A stretch of 64,000 nt of DNA from Ranitomeya imitator (lineage: Eukaryota): positions 92,132,001 to 92,196,000 of the forward strand of contig NC_091289.1 of the NCBI RefSeq assembly GCF_032444005.1, in the 5' to 3' direction. The stretch's first letter is position 1, and the number at the start of each line of letters is the position of its first letter. The notes beneath the pieces were generated by a model. That model ran no database searches and had not been told where the DNA came from. It saw only the letters and a program-made list of their open reading frames with translations. A program made the position numbers and the translations under genes. Below, piece after piece: positions 1 to 12,979 of this stretch.

Positions 1-1878
1 ACTGCACATGATGCTCCATACTGTATAATGGCCACACATGATGCTCTATACTGTATAATGGCTGCACATGATGCTCCATACTGTATAATGACCGCACATG
101 ATGCTCCATACTGTATAATGACCGCACATGATGCTTCATTCTGTATAAAGGCCACACAGTGCTCCATACTGTATAACGACCCCACATGATGCTCAATACT
201 GTATACTGGCCACACATGATGCTCCATACTGTATAATGGCCACACATGATGCTCTATACTGTATAATGACCGCATCTGATGCTCCATACTGTATAATAGC
301 CACAAATGATGCTCCATACAATACAATGACTGCACAAGATGCTCCATACTGTATAATGACTGCACATGATGCTCCATACTGTATAATAGCCACAAATGAT
401 GCTCCATGCTGTATAATGACCGCACATGATGCTCCATACTGTATAATGACTGCACATGATGCTCCATACTGTATGACTTTACATGATGCTCCATACTGTA
501 TAATGACCGCACATGATGCTCCATTTTGTATAACGACCCCACATGATGCTCAATACTGTATAATGACTGCACATGATGCTCCATTCTGTATAATAACCAC
601 ATATGATGCTCCATACTGTATAATGACCGCACATGATGCTCCATACTGTATAATGACCGCACATGATGCTCCATACTGTATAATGACTGCACATGATGCT
701 CCATACTGTATAATTGCCGCACATGATGCTCCATGCTGTATAATGGCCACACAGTGCTCCAGACTGTATAACGACCCCACATGATGCTCAATACTGTATA
801 ATGGCAACACATGATGCTCAATACTGTATAATGGCCCACATGATGCTCAATACTGTATAATGACCCCACATGATGCTCAATACTGTATAATAGCCGCACA
901 TGATACTCCATACTGTATAATTACCGCACATGATGCTCTATACTGTATAAGGGTCACACAGTGCTCCATACTGTATAACGACCCCACATGATGCTCAATA
1001 CTGTATAATGGCCACACATGATGCTCAATACTATATAATGACCACATATGATGCTCCATACTGTATAATAGCCACAAATGATGCTCCATACTGTATAATG
1101 ACTGCACATTATGCTCCATACTGTATAATGACTGCACATGATGCTCCATACTGTATAATAGCCACAAATGATGCTCCATACTGTATAATGACTGCACATG
1201 ATGCTCCATACTGTATGACTTTACATGATGCTCCATACTGTATAATGACCGCACATGATGCTCCATTTTGTATAACGACCCCACATGATGCTCAATACTG
1301 TATAATGACTGCACAATGCTCCATACTGTATAATGACCGCACATGATGCTCCATACTGTATAATGACCGCACATGATGCTCCATACTGTATAATGGCCAC
1401 ACATGATGCTCCATACTGTATAATGGCCGCACATGATGCTCCATACTGTATAATAGCCGCACATGATGCTCTATACTGTATAATGACCGCACATGATGCT
1501 CCATACTGTATAATGACCGCACATAATGCTCCATAATGTATAATGACTGCACATGATGCTCCATATTGTATAATGTCCACACATGATGCTCAATACTGTA
1601 TAATAGCCGCACATGATGCTCTATACTGTATAATGACCGCACATGATGCTCCATACTGTATAATGACCGCACATAATGCTCCATACTGTATAATGGCCGC
1701 ACATGATACTCAATACTGTATAATAGCCGCACATGATGCTCCATACTGTATAATAGCCGCACATGATGCTCCATACTGTATAATGACTGCACATGATGCT
1801 CCATACTGTATAATGACCGCACATGATGCTCCATACTGTATATTGGCCGCACATGATACTTCGTACCGTATAATGGCC
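1..1878. repeat. 30-bp minisatellite, consensus about CACATGATGCTCCATACTGTATAATGACCG; runs off the left edge of the window
   Basis: Unit is directly visible about 60 times; six-frame ORFs show 10-aa periodicity (MTAHDAPYCI). Confidence 0.97.
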
Positions 1879-4800
1879 ATACATAGCTACTCCTACACAC
1901 ACGGCTCCTCTCCGTACCCATGGCTCCACTCCATACATTTCATACACACAAGGCTCTGCTCCATACACCTCGTGCGCATTCAGCTCTTACAAATTCAGCT
2001 CCGCTCCATATATCTCGTACACACGGCACTACTCCGTACACCTCGTACATACACGCTGCTCCGCTCCGTATACCTTGCACACACATGGCTCCACTGCGTA
2101 CACCTCATACACAAACGGCTCCTCTCCATACATCTCGTACACACACGGCACTACTCCGTACACCTCATACACACACGGCTCTGCTCTATACACATTTTAC
2201 ACGCTGCTCCGCTCCGTATACCTTGTACATGCATGGCTCTGCTCTGCACACCTCGTACACACGTGGCTCTGCTCTGTACACACGTAGCTCCGCTCCGTAC
2301 ACCTCGTACACATGTGGCTCCGCTCCATACACCTTTCACACTCTGCTCTGATCCGCACACCTCTTACACACACAACTCCGCTGCATACACCTTTCACACG
2401 CTGCTCCACTCCGTACACCTCGTACACTCGCGGCTGTGCGCCGTACACGCAGTTCCGTACACCTCTTACACACGACTCCGCTCCGTACACCTTTCACATG
2501 CTGCTCCGCTCCGTACACCTCGTACACACGCGGCTGTGCTCCGTACACCTCGTACACACGCGGCTGTGCTCCATACACCTCTTACACACGGCTCCATACA
2601 CCTCTTACACACGACTCCGCTCCGTACACCTTTCACATGCTGCTCTGCTCCGTACACCTCGTACACATGCGGCTGTGCTCCGTACACCTCTTACACACAC
2701 GACTCCACTCCGTACACCTTTCACATGCCTCTCCGCTCCGTACACCTCATACACACGCGGCTGTGCTCCGTACACCTCTTACACACGACTCCGCTCTGTA
2801 CAACTTTCACGTGCTCCTCCGCTCCGTACACACGCGGCTGTGCTCCGTACACCTCTTACACACGACTCCGATCTGTACACCTTTCACATGCTGCTCCGCT
2901 CCATACACCTTGTACACATGCGGCTGTGCTCTGTACACCTCTTACACACACGACTCCACTCCGTACACCTTTGACATGCTGCTCCGCTCCGTACACCTCG
3001 TACACACGCGGCTGTGCTCCGTACACCTCTTACACACGACTCCGCTCTGTACAACTTTCACGTGCTCCTCCGCTCCGTACACACGCGGCTGTGCTCCGTA
3101 CACCTCGTACAGACGGCTCCATACACCTCTTACACACGGCTCCATACACCTCTTACACACGACTCCGCTCCGTACACCTTTCACATGCTGCTCTGCTCCG
3201 TACACCTCGTACACATGCGGCTGTGCTCCGTACACCTCTTACACACACGACTCCACTCCGTACACCTTTCACATGCCTCTCCGCTCCGTACACCTCATAC
3301 ACACGCGGCTGTGCTCCGTACACCTCTTACACACGACTCCGCTCTGTACAACTTTCACGTGCTCCTCCGCTCCGTACACACGCGGCTGTGCTCCGTACAC
3401 CTCTTACACACGACTCCGATCTGTACACCTTTCACATGCTGCTCCGCTCCATACACCTTGTACACATGCGGCTGTGCTCTGTACACCTCTTACACACACG
3501 ACTCCACTCCGTACACCTTTGACATGCTGCTCCGCTCCGTACACCTCGTACACACGCGGCTGTGCTCCGTACACCTCTTACACACGACTCCGCTCTGTAC
3601 AACTTTCACGTGCTCCTCCGCTCCGTACACACGCGGCTGTGCTCCGTACACCTCGTACAGACGGCTCCATACACCTCTTACACACTACTCCGCTCCGTAC
3701 ACCTTTCACATGCTGCTCCGCTCCGTACACCTCGTACACACGTGGCTGTGCTCCGTACACCTCTTACACACAACTCCGCTCCATACACCTTTCACATGCT
3801 GCTCCGCTCCGTACACCTCGTACACACGTGGCTGTGCTCCGTACACCTCTTATACACGACTCCGCTCCGTACACCTTTCACATGCTGCTCCGCTCTGTAC
3901 ACCTCGTACACATGCGGCTGTGCTCCGTACACCTCTTACACACACGACTCCACTCCGTACACCTTTCACATGCTGCTCCGCTCCGTACACCTCGTACACA
4001 CGCGGTTGTGCTCCGTACACCTCTTACACACGACTCCGCTCTGTACACCTTTCACGTGCTCCTCCGCTCCATACACCTCGTACACATGCGGCTGTGCTCC
4101 GTACACCTCGTACACACGGCTCCATACACCTCTTACACACTACTCCGCTCCATACACCTTTCACATGCTGCTCTGCTCCGTACACCTCGTACACACGTGG
4201 CTGTGCTCCGTACACCTCTTACACACGACTCCGCTCCGTACACCTTTCACATGCTGCTCCGCTCCGTACACCTCGTACACACGTGGCTGTGCTCCGTACA
4301 CCTCTTACACACGACTCCGATCTGTACACCTTTCACATGCTGCTCCGCTCCATACACCTCGTACACATGCGGCTGTGCTCTGTACACCTCTTACACACAC
4401 GACTCCACTCCGTACACCTTTGACATGCTGCTCCGCTCCGTACACCTCGTACACACGCGGCTGTGCTCCGTACACCTCGTACACATGGCTCCGTATACCT
4501 CTTACACACGACTCCACTCCATACACACGCGGCTGTGCTCCGTACACCTCGTACACACGGCTCCATACACCTCTTACACAGTACTCCGCTCCGTACACCT
4601 TTCACATGCTGCTCCGCTCCGTACACCTCGTACACACGTGGCTGTGCTCCGTACACCTCTTACACACGACTCCGCTCCGTACACCTTTCACATGCTGCTC
4701 CGCTCCGTACACCTCGTACACATGCGGCTGTGCTCCGTACACCTCTTACACACACGACTCCACTCCGTAAACCTTTCACATGCTGCTCCGCTCCGTACAC

Positions 4801-5940
4801 CTCGTACACACGCGGCTGTGCTCCGTACACCTCTTACACACGACTCCGCTCTGTACACCTTTCACGTGCTCCTCCGCTCCGTACACCTCGTACACACTCG
4901 GCTGTGCTCCGTACACCTCATACACACGGCTCCATACATCTCTTACACACTACTCTGCTCCGTACACCTTTCACATGCTGCTCCGCTCCGTACACCTCGT
5001 ACACACGTGGCTCTGCTCTGTACACCTCTTACACACGACTCCGCTCCGTACAGCTTTCACATGCTGCTCCGCTCCGTACACACGTGGCTGTGCTCCGTAC
5101 ACCTCGTACACATGGCTCCGTACACCTCTTACACACAACACTGCTCTGTACATCTTTCACATGCTGCTCCGCTCTGTACACCTCGTACACATGCGGCTGT
5201 GCTCCGTACACCTCGTACACACGGCTCCATACATCTCTTACACACTACTCCGCTCCATACACCTTTCACATGCTGCTCCGCTCCGTACACCTCGTACACA
5301 CGTGGCTGTGCTCCGTACACCTCTTACACACGACTCCGCTCCGTACAGCTTTCACATGCTGCTCCGCTCCGTACACCTCGTACACACGTGGCTGTGCTCC
5401 GTACACCTCTTACACACGACTCCGCTCTGTACACCTTTCACGTGCTCCTCCGCTCCGTACACCTCGTACACACGCGGCTGTGCTCCGTACACCTCGTACA
5501 CATGGCTCCGTACACCTCTTACACACGACTCCGCTCTGTACATTTTTCACATGCTGCTCCGCTCTGTACACCTCGTACACACGTGGCTGTGCTCCGTACA
5601 CCTCGTACACATGGCTCCGTACACCTCTTAAACACACGACTCCGCTCCGTACACCTTTCACATGCTGCTCCGCTCCGTACACCTCGTACACACGCGGCTG
5701 TGCTCCGTACACATGGCTCCGTATACCTCTTACACACGACTCCGCTCCGTACATCTTTCACATGCTGCTCTACTCCGTACACCTCGTACACACGCGGCTG
5801 CGCTCCGTACACCTCATGCACACGGCTCCGTACACCTCTTACACACACGACTCTGCTCCATACAACTTTCACACGCTGCTCCGATCCATACACCTCGTAC
5901 ACACACGGCTCTGCTACATCCACACTGTAAACACCTCCTG
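1879..5940. repeat. C/A-rich compound minisatellite built from three related 28-30 bp monomers, containing an internal 548-bp tandem duplication
   Basis: Monomers ACACCTCGTACACACGCGGCTGTGCTCCGT, ACACCTCTTACACACGACTCCGCTCCGT and ACACCTTTCACATGCTGCTCCGCTCCGT alternate; diagnostic variants recur at +548 bp (2864/3412; 3112/3660). Confidence 0.95.
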
Positions 5941-5958
5941 ACCTCACACATACACTGA

Positions 5959-6345
5959 GGGTATGTTTCCACGGTCAGGATGGCCGGCGGTATCGCCGGA
6001 GCGGCTTAGCCGCTCTGCGGTAGCCCCGCCCCCTTTCTGGGACGCGATGATGCCGGATGTGTTCACAGCATACATCCGGCATCATCGCTCCCCACCATAG
6101 GGCCCTGTGCTATATCTTGCGGCGACGCTGCGTCGCCGCAAGATATACGGACATGCTGCGATCTGAAAAGACGCGCAGCATGTCCGGAGTCGCAGGGCCG
6201 CCGCGTGCGTGTTACCACGCATAGTGGAGACGGGATTTCATTAAATCCCCTCCACTATGCTGTAACATCTGGACGCTGCGTGTCTGACGCTGCGGCTCTA
6301 TGCAGCGTCAGACACGCAGCGTTTCCTGATCGTGGAAACAGACCC
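5959..6345. mobile_element. Non-autonomous MITE, PIF/Harbinger-like
   Basis: TIRs GGGTATGTTTCCACGGTCAGGA / TCCTGATCGTGGAAACAGACCC; flanked by TGA/TTA (TWA-like); internal perfect 21-bp hairpin at 6273-6322. Confidence 0.75.
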
Positions 6346-6642
6346 TTACCCTCCTCCGGCGCCATGGCAACCAGCAGAGTCCTGTACACGGATGTCCTTC
6401 CGATCATGTGACCCCTGACTCCTCCCATCCTGTGACCTCATCACAGGTCCTGTGCGCACAGAGCAGCCATTATGTGGTGTGCTGCTGTGCGGGCCGGGTG
6501 AAGGGACTCGGGGAACTCTCAGCTGACCGCGTGATATACACACCTCCCAACCAGTGCGGGACAATTAATGTCTGCACGGGATCGCGGGGCTGACTGTCAA
6601 AATCAGGACAGTCCCGCTGGATCTGGGACGGTTGGGAGGTAT
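6346..6642. mobile_element. Probable right end of a non-autonomous DNA element that may host the upstream minisatellites
   Basis: Ends in GGGACGGTTGGGAGGTATG, with an inverted partial copy CACCTCCCAACC near 6540; a matching left end is not seen in the window. Confidence 0.4.
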
Positions 6643-6779
6643 GCCGACAGACTCGTGTGAAAGTAGCCTTAGCCAGGTCATGAAGAGGTGGTGGGGTAGA
6701 TTGACCACTCAGGTATGCAAGGAAGAAGCAAGAGGAGTGAAGTACATATTGATAGAAAATAATGGGTAAGCAAAGAATT

Positions 6780-6911
6780 CCAGGTGGAGATTATATGCAC
6801 TTCATATAGACAGACATAGCAGGAAAAGCTGAGTAGATGAGCATACCAGATGGAGATTATATGCACTTCATATGGACAGACATAGCAGAAAAAGCTGAGT
6901 AGATGAGCATA
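6780..6911. repeat. 66-bp tandem duplication (2 copies)
   Basis: CCAG(G/A)TGGAGATTATATGCACTTCATAT...GATGAGCATA occurs at 6780 and 6846. Confidence 0.85.
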
Positions 6912-7225
6912 CCATATCATATCATTGCTTTCAGATCAGATTGGAGCTTTTGTCTCAGGGACTTCAGCAAAGCCTCCATTATTTTTTTGTGTAAGGGGGA
7001 TATCTGTCTGTGCTTCCTCACCCCTTTCTCAGACTGCTGCATGTGAGCCCCCCTTGATGAGCAGGAAGAAGGAGCTGGGGAAGGAGAAGCTGCAGCCATT
7101 TTAGAGGCTGCACTTAGTATCTGGTCCTGGGAGAAATATGCAGTCACCTTTCTTGCGGAGCTCCTTCTCACTGACTTGCACCGAACCATTCGGATCACTG
7201 TGTCCTCAGGTCACCAGGTAACTTA

Positions 7226-7607
7226 AGGTACCGTTACACTAAGCGACGCTCCAGCAATATAGACAACGATCCGACCTAAACTAGATCGCTGGAGCGTCGC
7301 TGTTTAGGTCGCTGTAGAGACGTCAAACAGAACGATGCAGGAGCGATCCAGTGACATAACGGCGACTCACTTATCATTCACGCTCCATATAAAAACGTTG
7401 CTGGCGTCGTTGCTTTTGATGTCAAACACGACGATACACGCCGATCTAACGACCAAGTAAAGTTCTGGATTTCTAGCTCCGACCAGCGATATAACAGCGG
7501 GATCCAGATCGCTGCTGCGTGTCAAACACGAGATCGCTATCCAGGACGCTGCAACGTCACAGATTGTTGTCGTTCTCGTTGCAAAGTTGCTGAGTGTGAC
7601 GGTACCT
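7226..7607. mobile_element. MITE with a TTA target duplication (Harbinger-like)
   Basis: TIRs AGGTACCGTTACACT / AGTGTGACGGTACCT; TTA on both flanks (7223-7225, 7608-7610). Confidence 0.8.
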
Positions 7608-7867
7608 TTATTTAGGGCTTCTCAGAGTGATTTTTCACCTTGTTGTGCTGAGTTGATGCCACTCTCTGCTGGAGCTCCTGCTCTAAGCAGCCAGTGCCAT
7701 CCAAAGCTTGGTCACGCAGCCTATTCTTTTTGTTCTTAATCCTGCAAATTGTTCTGAGCAGGGAAATATTATACACCATTTTTACTGTGGCAGTTGTGCA
7801 TCCAAAGCATACAGCTAGACTTAGTTGTATCGCCATTGCATTGCTATATTTATACTGCAGTCTCATA

Positions 7868-9314
7868 CAGTGGGTATAGAATGTAAAGTGCTGCAGAATA
7901 TGTTGGTGCTATATAAATAAAAAATATTATTATTAATGTTTTCATAAACCTTTAAATTTTTCACTTTGTTTCATTGCAGCCATTTGGTAAATTCAAAAAA
8001 GTTCACTTTTTTCATAATAATGTACACTCTGCACCCCATCTTGAATGAACCCCCCCACCCAAAAAAAAAAAAAAATGTAGACATTTTGCTAATTTAATTA
8101 AAAAGAAAAACTGAACTATCACATTGTGATAAGTATTCAGGCCCTTTTTTTCAGACACTCATATTTAAGTCACATGCTGTCCAAATGAGAATCATGAGAT
8201 AAAAGGAACTGGCCAAGGAGCTGAGAGACAGAATTGTGGCAAGACACAGATCTGGCCAAGAATTTCTGCAGTACTCAAGGTTCCTAAGAGCACAGTGTCC
8301 TCCATAATTCTTAAATGGAAGAAGTTTGGGACCACCAGAAGTCTTCCTAGACCTGGCCGTCCAGCCAAACTGAGCAATCATGGGAGAAGAGCCTTGATGA
8401 GAGAGGTAAAGAAGAACCAAAAGATCACTGTGGCTGTACTCCAGAGATGCAATAGGGAGATGGGAGAAAGTTCCACAAAGTCAACTATCACTGCAGCCCT
8501 CCATCAGGCCTTTATGGCAGAGTGGCCCGACAAAAGGCTCTCCTCAGTGAAAGCCCGCATAGAGTTTGCTAAAAAACACATGAAGGACTCCCAGACTATG
8601 AGAAATAAGATTCTCTGGTCTGATGAGATGAAGATAGATCTTTTTGGTGACAATTCTAAGTGGTATGTGTTTTTCAGCTGCAAGGACAGGATGACTGGTT
8701 GTAATTGAAGGAAACATGAATGCGGCCAAGTACAGAGATATCCTGGATGAAAATGTTTTCCAGAGTGCTCTGGACCTCAGACTTGACCAAAGGTTCACCT
8801 TCCAACAAGACAATGACCCTAAGCACACAGCTAAAATAACAAAGGAGTGGCTCCAGAACAACCATGTGACCATTCTTGACTGGCCCAGCCAGAGCCCTGA
8901 CCTAAACCCAATTAGGCATCTCTGGAGAGAGCTGAAAATGGCTGTCCACCAACGTTCACCATCCAACCTGACGGAACTGGAGAGATCTGCAAGGAAGAAT
9001 GGCAGAGGATCCTCAAATCCAGTTGTGAAAAACTTGTTGCATCATTTCCAAGAAGACGTGTGGTTGTACTTGCTCAAATGGGTGCTTCTACTCAATACTG
9101 AGCAAAGGGTCTGAAAACTTATGACCATGTGATACTTCCGTTTTTCTTTTTTAATAAATTTGCAAAAATTACTACATTTCTGTTTTTTCAAGTCAAGATG
9201 GGGTGCAGGGTATACATTATTGAGAAAAAAAAATGAAATGAACTTTTTTGAATTTACTAAATGGCTGCAATGAAACAAAGAGTGAAAAAATTTAAATACT
9301 TTCCATACCCACTG
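7868..9314 (+). mobile_element. Tc1/mariner DNA transposon with a degenerate DD34E transposase
   Basis: TA flanks; long TIRs (CAGTGGGTA...CCTTTAAATTTTTTCAC / GTGAAAAAATTTAAA...TACCCACTG); ORF pieces 8295-8708 and 8716-9114 carry WSDE, FQQDNDPKHT and WPSQSPDLNPI motifs. Confidence 0.93.
7878..7937 (+). mobile_element. Short L2-type 3' tail inserted in the left TIR of the Tc1 element
   Basis: TGTAAAGTGCTGCAGAATATGTTGGTGCTATATAAATAAAAAATATTATTATTA matches the L2 tails at ~59010-59047 (+) and ~30080-30135 (-); it interrupts the TIR relative to the right TIR. Confidence 0.7.
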
Positions 9315-9699
9315 TACATCCATCTCAAATGGGCAAATTTGCCTGGCATTGTAATGCAGCAATTTTTTTGAGCAGTGAAATTTTATACAGCATTTAGCAT
9401 GCTACAGTTGTTCCTCAAACCCCCAGCCTCCAAAAAAATTGTAAAAACATTGTATTGCTATATTTATACTGCAGTCTCATATGTCCGTCTGAGGTGTGTA
9501 AATTTGGCGGCCATTGTAATGCAGCCTTTTTTTGAGCTGTGACATTTTATATGGAATTTATCATGCTAGAGTGGACCTCAAAAGCATCCTCCAAAAAAAT
9601 CTTTGTTAAAAAATAAATCACATTGCTATGTTGATACTATAGTCTTATACGTCCATCTGTATGACTATATCATCAGGAATATATCATACGTAATTTAAA

Positions 9700-11935
9700 A
9701 TGGGAAATGTGCACGGTAAGGGATAGGAAAGTGGATGTGATGCTGATGGTGAGCAAAGAGGCTGAGGACGTGGGCAAGGTGAAACGGTGCATGCCACGCG
9801 AGCACAACAAACGCATCTAACTTCCCGTCTCACTTTATAAGGGTCGCGGATCACCACTCTTGAAGCCAGATCCATGTGAAAAGGTTGTTCGATGGCAAAG
9901 TGATTGGAAGAATTATTTGCTATCCAGCACCACCCTTATCTAGCACATGGTCCAATCTCAGTTGCCGTAATTCTGGACCATATAATGCTCATCCTGATCC
10001 TCCTTCCTCCCACCATGCCAGTGCCCGGAGACAAGTGATCCCATACTTGGACACTCCGAAGAGCTGTTCACATTTCCATTTATAGATTCTGGCCTCTCGC
10101 TCTGCCCGTTCCAACTAGCAAATGAGGAGATTGAATGTAGCGATGCTCAAATATTTGAGCAAACACTATCACAATAAGGCGACTGTGGGAAAATGCCTCA
10201 AGAGCTGGATTATGATGAGATGCAATTGTCAGCAAGTGGTGCTGTTACGTCAGGAGGATTACCAGGGTGCAGAGTGGAGACGAGGTGTTGGATGAAGTCA
10301 CTGACCAAACCTGGGAAGGTGACATGCAGAGCTATGACAGCAGCGCACAGGGGGAAGGATCTGCAGCACCACAACAGGCAGGAAGTGGCAATGGGGTGGC
10401 CAGAGACACAAGGTGGGCAACTGATCCCTAGAGCACCAACACGGGTGAAGTTGCCAAGCCAAAGTTTAGGTGCTCATGAGTCTGACTCTTTTTAAATACA
10501 GTCCAGCTAATCCAAAAAAGGCCATTTGCAACATCTGCCATGCCAGCATCAGTAGGGGCAGCACAACTACCTATCTGGCCGGCACCAGCATGCTCAGGCA
10601 CATGCAAAGCACTCGACTACTTGGGCTGAAAACCAGGGTCCAGAAACTATGTCTGCGGGTGACACCACTTCCTCTTCCCCTATTCTACGTGCATGCCAAT
10701 ACCCTGTCCATGACTTAGGCGGAGATGCCTCCCACCCTTTACCTATCGTTGCACATTCACAACCACTGTCAGGAATCAAGACTACGACCTTGTCTCAGCG
10801 CTTTCAGCTGTACCTACCACAGTCCTTGGAACACAAGTGTAAATACGCAGCCACCCACAGGCTACAATGCTAAACGGCCACATTTTCAGACTGCTAGCCC
10901 TGAAAATGTTGTCGTTTAGGCCTTTAGAGACGGAACCTTTCAAAAGCCTCATGGCAGTGGCCGTCCCTCTGTACTCGGTCACCAGCCGCCATTATTTCTC
11001 CTGGTGTTCTGTGACCAACGCTGTGACTGGGAAGATCCACTTAACCACGGACACCTGGACAAGTGCTTGTGGTCAGGGATGCTACATTTCTTTGATAGCA
11101 CACTGGGTAAACATTGTGTAATCCAGAACTCAGTCGGACCCTGGAATATGTGCTACCGATCAGGGTTGCCCCTATTTTATAAAGCACACACTGCACCTCC
11201 TCCTCACCATCCATCTCAACAAATGTCAACATCAGTCACAAGCTGGAAGCACTGCAGGTCTGTCGCACTGCCTCAGCCAAGCGTCAACAAGCACTGCTGA
11301 AGCTAGTCTGCTTGAGTGGCAAACTGCACACAGCCGCACTGATCTGTGTCTATCGCCCCTGAATCTGCAACCAGACATGGTAGTGTGTGACAATGGCCAT
11401 AACCTGTTGACAGCTCTAAAGGATGGTAATCTCGCACACGTACCATGCTTGGCCCATGTGCTCAATTTAGTGATTCAGCTGTTTCTCAAAATCTACCCAG
11501 ATCTGCCTGAATTACTTGTGAAAGTACACCATGTGTATGCCCATTTCCACAAGTCAACTGCAGTTGCCGCTGCCCTGGTAGTGCTGCAGCAGCAGTACCA
11601 AGGCCTTGATGAGCAAGGTACTCTGATAATGAGGGAAACGTTTTGGAAGATGCTGAAGGAGTACCTTACCCAACCATACCAGCATTCTCCGTGATTCCTC
11701 TGTGTCTTACAATTATTGGGTAGGCAAGCTAGATACGTAGCATGACCTGTCTCCCTATGCCTTGAAAGTCCTGGCCTGCCCTGCTGCGAGTGTTTCATCA
11801 AAATGGGTTTTCAGTGCTGCTGGGTGTATTATAACTGATTGGCACATCTGCTTGTCTACTGAAAATTCTGACAGACTGACTTATCAAAATCAACATGGGC
11901 TGGATTGGACGAGACTTCTGTGCACCACCAGATGA
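9700..11935 (+). pseudogene. Degenerate hAT transposase (BED zinc finger, catalytic core, hATC dimerisation domain)
   Basis: Fragments in shifting frames: KAICNICHASISRG...SMLRHM (BED), IHLTTDTWTS...YISLIAHWV, VVCDNGHNL...HVPCLAHVLNLVIQ, LKVLACPAASV...VFSAAG...LSTENSDRL; many stops, frameshifts and deletions. Confidence 0.88.
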
Positions 11936-12469
11936 CAGCAGCAGAACATACACTCAAATTCAGTGTTTGTTTTTTTCTGGTCTACTTTTCTCTTCTGCAC
12001 CTCTTCCCACCCAAACATGGGTATACGCCTCAGGATTTCATCTTTTTTGTAGCACGCTCCTCCACCACCATCATATCAGGGTGATCACACTATCCTCACT
12101 ATCACTTTTTTAAGAGTGTTTATGACGCCCGCATTAACAATGTTTAGATGTCTACCTTGAACATTTATTTATATAATATACCCACATGGGTAAAAAATTT
12201 TCAGCCCATGCACTTAGTGCATGGGCGTGACCAGTCTAGGATACTCACACCTTAATGGGGAAAAAAAGTTTTCTGAGGCCCTCCTTTCCTCAAGGGAGTA
12301 TTGGAGTGTCTCCTAATTTTTGGCACTTAGTGAATCTGCTTTACAAGTGAAGGTGACCCACTCCTTAACAATGGTAAAAAAATGCTTTTATGTTTATCCA
12401 CCTTCCAGTTGAGAGAAAAAAAAATTGAAACCGAAAGAGTTGATGGGTCGTTGACGTGACGTGATAGGA

Positions 12470-12620
12470 AGTTCTCACACTGCATACAGGATTTCACAGC
12501 GGGGACAGGAGAGTTTGTACAGTAAATGCAGAAGATCCTGGTGTCCTCCATATCAGTCTAAGTAGATGTGAAATGATCCATTATATTTCCCAACAGGGTT
12601 AATGAAGTAACAGTCCTTGA
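12470..12620 (-). pseudogene. Fragment of a TRIM25/TRIM39-like E3 ligase gene (RING-to-B-box linker plus start of B-box1)
   Basis: In-frame translation TLLGNIMDHFTST*TDMEDTRIFCIYCTNSPVPAVKSCMQCE resembles the amphibian TRIM motif NITLCNIVENFLST...TGIFCTYCIxSPVPAVKSCLxCE (from memory); internal stop; truncated on both sides. Confidence 0.65.
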
Positions 12621-12626
12621 TGCTGC

Positions 12627-12968
12627 TAGTGATGAGCGAGTGTACTCGTTGCTCGGGTTTTCCCGAGCATGCTCTGGTGATCTGAGTATTTGTAAGTGCT
12701 CGGAGATTTAGTTTTCATTGGGGGAGCTGAATGATTTACAGCTATTAGTCTGCTTGATTACATGTGGGGATTCCCTAGCAACTAGGCAACCCTCAATATA
12801 CTCAGCCTGGCTAGTAGCTGTAAATCATTCAGCTGCCATGATGAAAACTAAATCTCCGAGCAGTCATAAATACTCGGAGGTCACCCGAGCGTGCTCGGGT
12901 AAACCCGAGCAACGAGTACACTGCGTGCTTGGGTAAACCAGAGCAACAAGTACACTCGCTCATCACTA
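12627..12968. mobile_element. hAT-type MITE
   Basis: TIRs TAGTGATGAGCGAGTGTACT / AGTACACTCGCTCATCACTA; 8-bp flanks GATGCTGC / GCTGCTAC match at 6 of 8 positions. Confidence 0.82.
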
Positions 12969-12979
12969 GCTGCTACATC

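Noticed and set aside
193-5958. Very long ORFs (up to 1164 aa) on both strands, rich in His, Thr, Cys and Tyr
   Set aside because: They are translations of minisatellites whose skewed composition lacks stops in several frames at once; there is no domain, splice context or unique sequence
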